Made by a program: the position numbers and the translations under genes. Of a stretch of 64,000 nucleotides of DNA, positions 15,186-29,149 are shown piece by piece. How positions within the stretch are numbered: the stretch's first letter is position 1; every line of letters begins with the position of its first letter. The DNA is from the human T2T-CHM13v2.0 reference genome, Homo sapiens, in the NCBI RefSeq assembly GCF_009914755.1, contig NC_060933.1, one strand, 5' to 3'. The notes under the pieces are model-generated. The model had not been told where the DNA came from. It did no database searches and was given only the letters and a program-made list of their open reading frames with translations.

Positions 15186-18100
15186 CAGGGGAATGTACTG
15201 GAACGGAATGCAATGGAATGGAATCATCCGGAATGGAATGGAATGGAATTGAATGGAATGGAATGGAATGGAATCAACCCGAGTGCAATGGAATGGAGTG
15301 GAATGGAATGGAATGGAATGGAACAACCCGAATGGAATGGAATGTAATGGAGAGTTAGGGAGTTGAATAGAATCAATCCGAATGTAATGGAATGGAACGG
15401 AATGGAATGGAATGGAATGGAATGGAATGGAATGCAATGGAATGGAATCAACCCGAGTACAATGGAACGGAATGGAATGGAATGGAATGGAATGGAATGG
15501 AATGGAATGGAATGGAATGGAATGGAATGGAATGGAATCAACCCGAGTGCAATGGAATGGAGAGGAATGGAATGGAATGGAATGGAAACTACCCGAATGG
15601 AATGGAATGTAATGGAGTGTAAGGGAATTGAATAGAATCAATCCGAATGGAATGGAATGGAATGGAACGGAATGTAATGGAATGGAATGGAATGGAATCA
15701 ACCCGAGTGCAGGGGAATGGAATGGAAAGGAATGCAATGGAATGGAATCATCCGGAATGGAATGGAATGTAATGCAATGGAATGGAATGGAATGGAATCA
15801 ACCCGAGTGCAATTGAAAGGAGTGGAATGGAATGGAATGGAATGGAACAACCCGAATGGAATGGAATGTAATGGATAGTAAGGGAGTTGAATAGAATCAA
15901 TCCGAATGTAATGGAATGGAATGCAACGGAATGGAATGGAATGGAATGGAATGGAATGCAATGGAATGGAATCAACCCGAGTACAATGGAATGGAATGGA
16001 ATGGAATGGAATGGAGTGGAATGGAATGGAATGCCTTCAAACCGAATGGAATGGAAAGGAATGAAATCAACACGAGTGGAATGGAATGGAATGGAATGGA
16101 ATGGAATGGAATGATACGGAATAGAATGGAATGGAACGAAATGGAATGGAATGGAATGGAATGGAATGGAATGGAATGGAATGGAATGGAATCGTTCCGA
16201 GTGGAATAGGAGGGAATGTATTCGAGTGGAATGGAAAGGAATGGAATCAACCAGAGTGGAATGGAAGGGAATGGAATGGAATGGAAACTAATAGAATGGA
16301 ATCAACCCGAGTGGAATGGAATGGAAAGGACTGGAATGGAAAGGAATGGAATGGAATGGAATGGAATGGAATGGAATCAACGCGAGTGCAGGGGAATGGA
16401 ATGGAATCGAATGGAATGGAATGGAATGGAATGGAATCAACCCGAGTGCAGGGGAATGTAATGGAACGGAATGCAATGGAATGGAATCATCCGGAAAGGA
16501 ATGGAATGGAATGGAATGGAATAAACCCGAGTGCAATTGAAAGGAGTGGAATGGAATGGAATGGAATGGAACAATCCGAATGGAATGGAATGTAATGGAG
16601 AGTAAGGGAGTTGAAAAGAATCAATCCGAATGTAATGTAATGGAATGGAACAGAATGGAATTGAATGGAATGGAATGGAACGCAATGGAATGGAATCAAC
16701 CCGAGTACAATGGAATGGAATGGATTGGAATGGAACGGAATGGAATGGAATGGAATGGAATGGAATGGACTGGAATGGAATGGAATGCAGTGGAATGGAA
16801 TCAACCCGAGTACAATGGAATGGAATAGAATGGAATGTAATGGAATGGAATGGAATGGAATGATACGGAATAGAATGGAATGGAACGAAATGGAATGGAA
16901 TGGAATGGAATGGAATGGAATGGAATGGAATGGAATGGAATCGTTCCGAGTGGAATAGGAGGGAATGTATTCGAGTGGAATGGAAAGGAATGGAATCAAC
17001 CAGAGTGGAATGGAGGGGAATGGAATGGAATGGGAACTAATAGAATGGAATCAACCCGAGTGTAATGGAATGGAAAGGACTGGAATGGAATGGAATGGAA
17101 TGGAATCAACTCGATTGTAATGGAATGGAATGGAATGGAATGGAATGGAATGGAATGGAATGGAATCAACCCGAGTGCAATGGAATGGAGTGGAATGGAA
17201 TGGAATGGAATGGAACAACCCGAATGGAATGGAATGTAATGGAGAGTAAGGGAGTTGAATAGAATCAATCCGAATGTAATGGAATGGAAAGGAAGGGAAT
17301 GGAATTGAATGGAATGGAATGGAATGCAATGGAATGGAATCAACCCGAGTGCAATGGAATGGAGAGGAATGGAATGGAATGGAGTGGAAACTACCCGAAT
17401 GGAATGGAATGTAATGGAGTGTAAGGGAATTGAATAGAATCAATCCGAATGTAATGGAATGGAATGGAACGGAATGGAATGGAATGGAATGGAATGGAAT
17501 GGAATGCAATGGAATGGAATCAACCCGAGTACAATCGAATGGAATCGAATGGAATGGAATGCAATGGAATGGATTCAACTTGAATGGAATGGAAAGAATG
17601 GAATCAACACGAGTGGAATGGCATGGCTTGGAATGGAATGGAATGGAATCAACCCGAGTACAGGGGAATGGAATGGAATGGAATGCAACGGAATGGAATC
17701 ATCCGTAATGGAATGGAAAGGAATGGAATGGAATGGAATGGAATGGAATGGAATCAACTCGATTGCAATCGAATGGAATGGAATGGAATTAACCCGAATA
17801 GAATGGAATGGAATGGAATGGAACGGAACGGAATGGAATGGAATGGAATGGAATGGAATGGAATGGAACGGAACGGAATGGAATGGAATGGAATGGAATG
17901 GAATCAACGCGAGTGCAGGGGAATGGAATGGAATGGAATGCAATGGAATGGAATCTTCCGGAATGGAATGGAATGGAATGGAATGGAATGAAATGCAATG
18001 GATTCAACTCGATTGCAATGGAATGGAATAGAATGGAATGGAATGGAATGGAATGGAATGAATTCGAATACAATGGAATGGAATGGAATGGAACGGAATG

Positions 18101-21100
18101 GAACGGAATGGAATGGAATGGAATGGAATTGAATGCAATGGAATTGAATCAACCCGAGTACAATGGAATGGAATGGAATGGAATGGAATGGAATGGAATG
18201 GAATGATACGGAATAGAATGGAATGGAACGAAATGGAATGGAATGGAATGGAATGGAATGGAATGGAATGGAATGGAATGGAATCTTTCCGAGTGGAATA
18301 GGAGGGAATGTATTCGAGTGGAATGGAAAGGAATGGAATCAACCAGAGTGGAATGGAAGGGAATGGAATGGAATGGAAGCTAATAGAATGGAATCAACCC
18401 GAGAGGAATGGAATGGAAAGGACTGGAATGGAATGGAATGGAATGGAATCAACTCGATTTTAATGGAATGGAATGGAATGGAATGGAATGGAATGGAATG
18501 GAATGGAATGGAATTAACCCGAATACAATGCAATGGAATGGAATGGAATGGAATGGAATGGAATGGAATGGAATGGAATTAACCCGGATACAATGCAATG
18601 GAATGGAATGGAACGGAATGGAGTGGAATGGAATGGAATCAACCCGAGTGCAGGGGAATGGAATGGAATGGAATGCAATGGAATGGAATCATCCGGAATG
18701 GAATGGAATGGAATGGAATGCAACGCAATGGAATCAACTCGATTGCAATGGAATGGAATGGAGTGGAAACGAATACATTGGAATCAACCCGAGTGGAATG
18801 GAATGGAGTGGAATGGAAAGGAATGGAATGGAATTAACCCGAATACAATGGAATGGAATGGAATGGAATGGAATGGAATGGAATGGAATGCAATGGATTC
18901 AACTAGATTGCAATGGAATGGAATAGAATGGAATGGAATGGAATGGAATGGAATTAAACCGAATAGAATGGAATGGAATGGAATGGAACGGAACGGAACG
19001 GAACGGAACGGAGTGGAATGGAATGGAATGGAATTGTATGGAATGGAATGGAATGGTACGGAATAGAATGGAATGGAAAGAATTGGAATGGAATGGAATC
19101 GAAGGGAATGGAATGGAATGGAATGGAATCAACCCGAGTGCAGGGGAATGTACTGGAACGGAATGCAATGGAATGGAATCATCCGGAATGTAATGGAATG
19201 GAATTGAATGGAATGGAATGGAATGGAATCAACCCGAGTGCAATGGAATGGAGTGGAATGGAATGGAATGGAATGGAACAACCCGAATGGAATGGAATGT
19301 AATGGAGAGTTAGGGAGTTGAATAGAATCAATCCGAATGTAATGGAATGGAACGGAATGGAATGGAATGGAATGGAATGGAATGGAATGCAATGGAATGG
19401 AATCAACCCGAGTACAATGGAACGGAATGGAATGGAATGGAATGTAATGGAATGGAATGTAATGGAATGGAATGGAATGGAATGGAATCAACCCGAGTGC
19501 AATGGAATGGAGAGGAATGGAATGGAATGGAATGGAAACTACCCGAATGGAATGGAATGTAATGGAGTGTAAGGGAATTGAATAGAATCAATCCGAATGA
19601 AATGGAATGGAATGGAACGGAATGTAATGGAATGGAATGGAATGGAATCAACCCGAGTGCAGGGGAATGGAATGGAAAGGAATGCAATGGAATGGAATCA
19701 TCCGGAATGGAATGGAATGGAATGCAATGGAATGGAATGGAATGGAATCAACCCGAGTGCAATTGAAAGGAGTGGAATGGAATGGAATGGAATGGAACAA
19801 CCCCAATGGAATGGAATGTAATGGAGAGTAAGGGAGTTGAATAGAATCAATCCGAATGTAATGGAATGGAATGCAACGGAATGGAATGGAATGGAATGGA
19901 ATGGAATGCAATGGAATGGAATCAACCCGAGTACAATGGAATGGAATGGAATGGAATGGAATGGAGTGGAATGGAATGGAATGCCTTCAAACCGAATGGA
20001 ATGGAAAGGAATGAAATCAACACGAGTGGAATGGAATGGAATGGAATGGAATGGAATGGAATGATACGGAATAGAATGGAATGGAACGAAATGGAATGGA
20101 ATGGAATGGAATGGAATGGAATGGAATGGAATGGAATGGAATCGTTCAGAGTGGAATAGGAGGGAATGTATTCGAGTGGAATGGAAAGGAATGGAATCAA
20201 CCAGAGTGGAATGGAAGGGAATGGAATGGAATGGAAACTAATAGAATGGAATCAACCCGAGTGGAATGGAATGGAAAGGACTGGAATGGAAAGGAATGGA
20301 ATGGAATGGAATGGAATGGAATGGAATCAACGCGAGTGCAGGGGAATGGAATGGAATCGAATGGAATGGAATGGAATGGAATGGAATCAACCCGAGTGCA
20401 GGGGAATGTAATGGAACGGAATGCAATGGAATGGAATCATCCGGAAAGGAATGGAATGCAATGGAATGGAATCAACCCGAGTGCAATTGAAAGGAGTGGA
20501 ATGGAATGGAATGGAATGGAACAATCCGAATGGAATGGAATGTAATGGAGAGTAAGGGAGTTGAAAAGAATCAATCCGAATGTAATGTAATGGAATGGAA
20601 CAGAATGGAATTGAATGGAATGGAATGGAATGCAATGGAATGGAATCAACCCGAGTACAATGGAATGGAATGGATTGGAATGGAACGGAATGGAATGGAA
20701 TGGAATGGAATGGAATGGACTGGAATGGAATGGAATGCAGTGGAATGGAATCAACCCGAGTACAATGGAATGGAATAGAATGGAATGGAATGGAATGGAA
20801 TGGAATGGAATGGAATGATACGGAATAGAATGGAATGGAACGAAATGGAATGGAATGGAATGGAATGGAATGGAATGGAATGGAATGGAATGGAATGGAA
20901 TGGAATGGAATCGTTCCGAGTGGAATAGGAGGGAATGTATTCGAGTGGAATGGAAAGGAATGGAATCAACCAGAGTGGAATGGAAGGGAATGGAATGGAA
21001 TGGAAACTAATAGAATGGAATCAACCCGAGTGGAATGGAATGGAAAGGACTGGAATAGAATGGAATGGAATGGAATCAACTCGATTGTAATGGAATGGAA

Positions 21101-24100
21101 TGGAATGGAATGGAATGGAATGGAATGGAATCAACCCGAGTGCAATGGAATGGAGTGGAATGGAATGGAATGGAATGGAACAACCCGAATGGAATGGAAT
21201 GTAATGGAGAGTAAGGGAGTTGAATAGAATCAATCTGAATGTAATGGAATGGAAAGGAAGGGAATGGAATTGAATGGAATGGAATGGAATGCAATGGAAT
21301 GGAATCAACCCGAGTGCAATGGAATGGAGTGGAATGGAATGGAATGGAATGGAACAACCCGAATGTAATGGAATGTAATGGAGAGTAAGAGAGTTGAATA
21401 GAATCAATCCGAATGTAATGGAATGGAAAGTAAGGGAATGGAATTGAATGGAATGGAATGGAATGCAATGGAATGGAATCAACCCGAGTGCAATGGAATG
21501 GAGAGGAATGGAATGGAATGGAGTGGAAACTACCCGAATGGAATGGAATGTAATGGAGTGTAAGGGAATTGAATAGAATCAATCCGAATGTAATGGAATG
21601 GAATGGAACGGAATGGAATGGAATGGAATGGAATGGAATGCAATGGAATGGAATCAATCCGAGTGCAATCGAATGGAATCGAATGGAATGGAATGCAATG
21701 GAATGGATTCAACTTGAATGGAATGGAAAGAATGGAATCAACACGAGTGGAATGGCATGGCTTGGAATGGAATGGAATGGAATCAACCCGAGTACAGGGG
21801 AATGGAATGGAATGGAATGCAACGGAATGGAATCATCCGTAATGGAATGGAAAGGAATGGAATGGAATGGAATGGAATGGAATGGAATCAACTCGATTGC
21901 AATCGAATGGAATGGAATGGAATTAACCCGAATAGAATGGAATGGAATGGAATGGAACGGAACGGAATGGAATGGAATGGAATGGAATGGAATGGAATGG
22001 AATGGAATGGAACGGAACGGAATGGAATGGAATGGAATGGAATGGAATGGAATGGAATCAACGCGAGTGCAGGGGAATGGAATGGAATGGAATGCAATGG
22101 AATGGAATCTTCCGGAATGGAATGGAATGGAATGGAATGGAATGAAATGCAATGGATTCAACTCGATTGCAATGGAATGGAATAGAATGGAATGGAATGG
22201 AATGGAATGAATTCGAATACAATGGAATGGAATGGAATGGAACGGAATGGAACGGAATGGAATGGAATGGAATGGAATTGAATGCAATGGAATTGAATCA
22301 ACCCGAGTACAATGGAATGGAATGGAATGGAATGGAATGGAATGGAATGGAATGGAATGATACGGAATAGAATGGAATGGAACGAAATGGAATGGAATGG
22401 AATGGAATGGAACGGAATGTAATGGAATGGAATGGAATGGAATCAACCCGAGTGCAGGGGAATGGAATGGAAAGGAATGCAATGGAATGGAATCATCCGG
22501 AATGGAATCGAATGGAATGCAATGGAATGGAATGGAATGGAATCAACCCGAGTGCAATTGAAAGGAGTGGAATGGAATGGAATGGAATGGAACAACCCGA
22601 ATGGAATGGAATGTAATAGAGAGTAAGGGAGTTGAATAGAATCAATCCGAATGTAATGGAATGGAATGCAACGGAATGGAATGGAATGGAATGGAATGGA
22701 ATGCAATGGAATGGAATCAACCCGAGTACAGTGGAATGGAATGGAATGGAATGGAATGGAGTGGAATGGAATGGAATGCCTTCAAACCGAATGGAATGGA
22801 AAGGAATGAAATCAACACGAGTGGAAGGGAATGGAATGGAATGGAATGGAATGGAATGATACGGAATAGAATGGAATGGAACGAAATGGAATGGAATGGA
22901 ATGGAATGGAATGGAATGGAATGGAATGGAATCGTTCCGAGTGGAATAGGAGGGAATGTATTCGAGTGGAATGGAAAGGAATGGAATCAACCAGAGTGGA
23001 ATGGAAGGGAATGGAATGGAATGGAAACTAATAGAATGGAATCAACCCGAGTGGAATGGAATGGAAAGGACTGGAATGGAATGGAATGGAATGGAATCAA
23101 CTCGATTGTAATGGAATGGAATGGAATGGAATGGAATGGAATGGAATGGAATGGAATCAACCCGAGTGCAATGAAATGGAGTGGAATGGAATGGAATGGA
23201 ATGGAACAACCCGAATGGAATGGAATGTAATGGAGAGTAAGGGAGTTGAATAGAATCAATCCGAATGTAATGGAATGGAAAGGAAGGGAATGGAATTGAA
23301 TGGAATGGAATGGAATGCAATGGAATGGAATCAACCCGAGTGCAATGGAATGGAGAGGAATGGAATGGAATGGAGTGGAAACTACCCGAATGGAATGGAA
23401 TGTAATGGAGTGTAAGGGAATTGAATAGAATCAATCCGAATGTAATGGAATGGAATGGAACGGAATGGAATGGAATGGAATGGAATGGAATGGAATGGAA
23501 TGGAATGCAATGGAATGGAATCAACCCGAGTGCAATCGAATGGAATCGAATGGAATGGAATGCAATGGAATGGATTCAACTTGAATGGAATGGAAAGAAT
23601 GGAATCAACACGAGTGGAACGGCATGGCTTGGAATGGAATGGAATGGAATCAACCCGAGTACAGGGGAATGGAATGGAATGGAATGCAACGGAATGGAAT
23701 CATCCGTAATGGAATGGAAAGGAATGGAATGGAATGGAATGGAATGGAATGGAATCAACTCGATTGCAATCGAATGGAATGGAATGGAATTAACCCGAAT
23801 AAAATGGAATGGAATGGAATGGAACGGAACGGAATGGAATGGAATGGAATGGAATGGAATGGAACGGAACGGAACGGAATGGAATGGAATGGAATGGAAT
23901 GGAAAGGAATCAACGCGAGTGCAGGGGAATGGAATGGAATGGAATGCAATGGAATGGAATCTTCCGGAATGGAATGGAATGGAATGGAATGGAATGAAAT
24001 GCAATGGATTCAACTCGATTGCAATGGAATGGAATAGAATGGAATGGAATGGAATGGAATGGAATGAATTCGAATACAACGGAATGGAATGGAATGGAAC

Positions 24101-24200
24101 GGAATGGAACGGAATGGAATGGAATGGAATGGAATTGAATGCAATGGAATTGAATCAACCCGAGTACAATGGAATGGAATGGAATGGAATGGAATGGAAT
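14935..24200 (+). repeat. Tandem array of a ~3.95-4.15 kb unit (14935-18890, 18890-~22400) plus a third internally deleted copy (~22400-24200)
   Basis: Markers ATGCCTTCAAACCG (16031/19981/~22776), GCATGGCTTGG (~17621/21755/23622) and GAATTCGAATAC (18060/22209/24066). TGTACTGG and GAGAGTTAGG occur in copies 1-2. Many ORF twins are offset by 3950-3955. Confidence 0.9.
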
Positions 24201-27200
24201 GGAATAGAATGGAAACAACCCGACTGCAGGGGAATGGAATGGAATGGAATACAATGGAATGGATTCAACTTGAATGGAATGGAAAGAATGGAATCAACAC
24301 GAGTGGAATGGCATGGATTGGAATGGAATGGAATGGAATCAACCCGAGTACAGGGGAATGGAATGGAATGGAATGCAATGGAATGGAATCATCCGTAATG
24401 GAATGGAAAGGAATGGAATGGAATGGAATGGAATGGAATGGAATGGAATGGAATCAACTCGATTGCAATCGAATGCAATGGAATGGAATTAACCCGAATA
24501 GAATGGAATGGAATGGAATGGAACGGAACGGAACGGAATGGAATGGATTGGAATGGAATGGAATGGAATGGAATGGAATCAACGCGAGTGCAGGGAAATG
24601 GAATGGAATGGAATGCAATGGAATGGAATCTTCCGGAATGGAATGGAATGGAATGGAATGGAATGGAATGGAATAAACCCGAGTGCAATGGAATGGAGTG
24701 GAATGGAATGGAATGGAATGGAACAACCCGAATGGAATGGAATGTAATGGAGAGTAAGGCAGTTGAATAGAATCAATCCGAATGTAATGGAATGGAATGG
24801 AACGGAATGGAATGGAATGGAATGGAATGGAATGCAATGGAATGGAATCAACCCGAGTTCAATGGAATGGAGAGGAATGGAATGGAATGGAATGGAAAGT
24901 ACCCGAATGGAATGGAATGTAATGGAGTGTAAGGCAATTGAATAGAATCAATCCGAATGTAATGGAATGGAATGGAACGGAATGGAATGGAATGGAATGG
25001 AATGGAATGCAATGGAATGGAATCAAACCGAGTGCAATCGAACGGAATCGAATGGAATGGAATGCAATGGAATGGATTCAACTTGAATGGAATGGAAAGA
25101 ATGGAATCAACACGAGTGGAATGGCATGCATTGGAATGGAATGGAATGGAATCAACCCGAGTACAGGGGAATGGAATGGAATGGAATGCAATGGAATGGA
25201 GTCATCCGTAATGGAATGGAAAGGAATGGAATGGAATGGAATGGAATGGAATGGAATGGAATGGAATCAACTCGATTGCAATCGAATGGAATGGAATGGA
25301 ATTAACCCGAATAGAATGGAATGGAATGGAATGGAATGGAACGGAAAGGAATGGAATGGAATGGAATGGAACGGAACGGAATGGAATGGAATGGAATGGA
25401 ATGGAACGGAACGGAACGGAATGGAATGGAATGGAATGCAATGGAATAGAATCAACGCGAGTGCAGGGGAATGGAATGGAATGGAATGCAATGGAATGGA
25501 ATCATCCGTAATGGAATGGAAAGGAATGGAATGGAATGGAATGGAATGGAATGGAAAGGAATGGAATCAACTCGATTGCAATCGAATGGAATGGAATGGA
25601 ATTAACCCGAATAGAACGGAATGGAATGGAATGGAACGGAACGGAATGGAATGGAATGGAATGGAATGGAATGGAATGGAATGGAACGGAACGGAATGGA
25701 ATAGAATGGAATGGAATGGAATGGAATGGAAACAACGCGAGTGCAGGGGAATGGAATGGAATGGAATGCAATGGAATGGAATCTTCCGGAATGGAATGGA
25801 ATGGAATGGAATGGAATGAAATGCAATGGTTTCAACTCGATTGCAATGGAATGGAATAGAATGGAATGGAATGGAATGGAATGGAATGGAATTAATCCGA
25901 ATAGAATGGAATGGAATGGAATGGAACGGAATGGAACGGAATGGAATGGAATGGAATGGTATGGAATGGAATGGAATGGTACGGAATAGAATGGAATGGA
26001 ACGAATTGTAATGGAATGGAATTGAATGTAATGGAGAGTAAGGGAGTTGAATAGAATCAATCCGAATGTAATGGAATGGTATGCAACGGAATGGAATGGA
26101 ATGGAATGGAATGGAATGCAATGGAATGGAATCAACCCGAGTACAACGGAATGGAATGGAATGGAATGGAATGGAATGGAATGGAATGGAATGGAATGGA
26201 ATGGAATGGAATGATACGGAATAGAATGGAATGGAACGAAATGGAATGGAATGGAATGGAATGGAATGGAATGGAATGGAATCGATCCGAGTGGAATAGG
26301 AGGGAATGTATTCGAGTGGAATGGAAAGGAATGGAATCAACCAGAGTGGAATGGAAGGGAATGGAATGGAATGGAAATTAATAGAATGGAATCAACCTGA
26401 GTGGAATGGAATGGAAAGCACTGGAATGGAATGGAATGGAATGGAATCAACTCGATTGTAATGGAATGGAATGGAATGGAATGGAATGGAATGGAATGGA
26501 ATGGAATGGAGTGGAATGGAATGGAATCAACATGAGTGCAGGGGAATGGAATGGAATGGAATGCAATGGAATGGAATCGTCCGGAATGGAATGGAATTTA
26601 ATGGAATGCAAAGCAATGGAATCAACTCGATTGCAATGGAATGGAATGGAATGGAAAGGAATACATTGGAATCAACCCGACTGGAATGGAATGGAAAGGA
26701 CTGGAATGGAGTGGAATGGAATGGAATGGAATGGAATGGAATCAACTCGATTGGAATGGAATGGAATGGAATGAAATGGAAAAGAATTAACCCGAATAGA
26801 ATGGAATGGAATGGAATGGAACGGAACGAAATGGAATGGAATGGAATGGAATGGAATGGAATGGAATGGAATGGAATAAACCCGACTGCAGGGGAATGGA
26901 ATGGAATGGAATGCAATGGAATGGATTCAACTTGAATGGAATGGAAAGAATGGAATCAACACGAGTGGAATGGCATGGATTGGAATGGAATGGAATGGAA
27001 TCAACCCGAGTACAGGGGAATGGAATGGAATGGAATGCAATGGAATGGAATCATCCGTAAGGGAATGGAAAGGAATGGAATGGAATGGAACGGAATGGAA
27101 TGGAATGGAATCAACTCGATTGCAATCGAATGGAATGGAATGGAATTAACCCGAATAGAATGGAATGGCATGGAATGGAACGGAACAGAACGGAATGGAA

Positions 27201-29149
27201 AGCATTGGAATGGAATGCAATGGAATGGAATGGAACGGAAAGGAATGGAATGGAATGGAATGGAATGGAATGGAATGGAATCAACGCGAGTGCAGGGGAA
27301 TGGAATGGAATGGAATGCAATGGAATGGAATCTTCCGGAATGGAATGGAATGGAATGGAATGGAATGGAATGGAATGGAATGGAATAAACCCGAGTGCAA
27401 TGGAATGGAGTGGAATGGAGTGGAATGGAATGGAACAACCCGAATGGAATGGAATGTAATGGAGAGTAAGGGAGTTGAATAGAATCAATCCGAATGTAAT
27501 GGAATGGAATGGAAGGGAATGGAATTGAATGGAATGGAATGGAATGCAATGGAATGGAATCAACCCGAGTGCAATGGAATGGAGAGGAATGGAATGGAAT
27601 GGAATGGAAACTACCGGAATGGAATGGAACGTAATGGAGTGTAAGGGAATTGAATAGAATCAATCCGCATGTAATGGAATGGAATGGAACGGAATGGAAT
27701 GGAATGGAATAGAATGGAATGCAATGGAATGGAATCAACCCGACTGCAATCGAATGGAATCGAATGGAATGGAATGCAGTGGAATGGATTCAACTTGAAT
27801 GGAATGGAAAGAATGGAATCAACACGAGTGGAATGGCATGGATTGGAATGGAATGGAATGGAATCAACCCGAGTACAGGGGAATGGAATGGAATGGAATG
27901 CAATGGAATGGAATCATCCGTAATGGAATGGAAAGGAATGGAATGGAATGGAATGGAATGGAATGGAATGGAACGGAACGGAACGGAATGGAATGGAATG
28001 GAATGGAATGGAATGGAATCAACGCGAGTGCAGGGGAATGGAATGGAATGGAAGGCAATGGAATGGAATCTTCCGGAATGGAATGGAATGAAATGCAATG
28101 GATTCAACTCGATTGCAATGGATTGGAATAGAATGGAATGGAATGGAATGGAATGGAATGGAATGGAATTAACCCGAATAGAATGGAATGGAATGGAATG
28201 GAACGGAATGGAACGGAATGGAATGGAATGGAATGGAATCGAATGGTATGGAATGGAATGGAATTGTACGGAATAGAATGGAATGGAATGAATTGTAATG
28301 GAATGGAATTGAATGGAATGGAATGGAATGGAATGGAATCAACGCGAGTGCAGGGGAATGTAATGGAACGGAATGCAATGGAATGGAATCATCCGGGATG
28401 GAATGGAATGGAATGGAATGGAATGGAATGGAATCAACCCGAGTGCAATGGAATGGAGTGGAATGGAATGGAATGGAATGGACCAACCCGAATGGAATGG
28501 AATGTAATGGAGAGTAATGGAGTTGAATAGAATCAATCCGAATGTAATGGAATGGAATGCAACCGAATGGAATGGAATGGAATGGAATGGAATGCAATGC
28601 AATGGAATGGAATCAACCCGAGTACAATGGAATGGAATGGAATGGAATGGAATGGAATGGAATGGAATGGAATGGAATGATACGGAATAGAATGGAATGG
28701 AACGAAATGGAATGGAATGGAATGGAATGGAATGGAATGGAATGGAATGGAATGGAATGGAATGGAATGGAATCGTTCCGAGTGGAATAGGAGGGAATGT
28801 ATTCGAGTGGAATGGAAAGGAATGGAATCAACCAGAGTGGAATGGAAGGGAATGGAATGGAATGGAAACTAATAGAATGGAATCAACCCGAGTGGAATGG
28901 AATGGAAAGGACTGGAATGGAATGGAATGGAATGGAATGGAATGGAATGGAATCAACTCGATTGTAATGGAATGGAATGGAATGGAATGGAATGGAATGG
29001 AATTAACCCGAATACAATGGAATGGAATGGAATGGAACGGAATGGAGTGGAATGGAATGGAATCAACCCGAGTGCAGGAGAATGGAATGGAATGGAACGG
29101 AATGGAATGGAATGCAATGGAATGGAATGGAATGGTATGGAATGGAATG

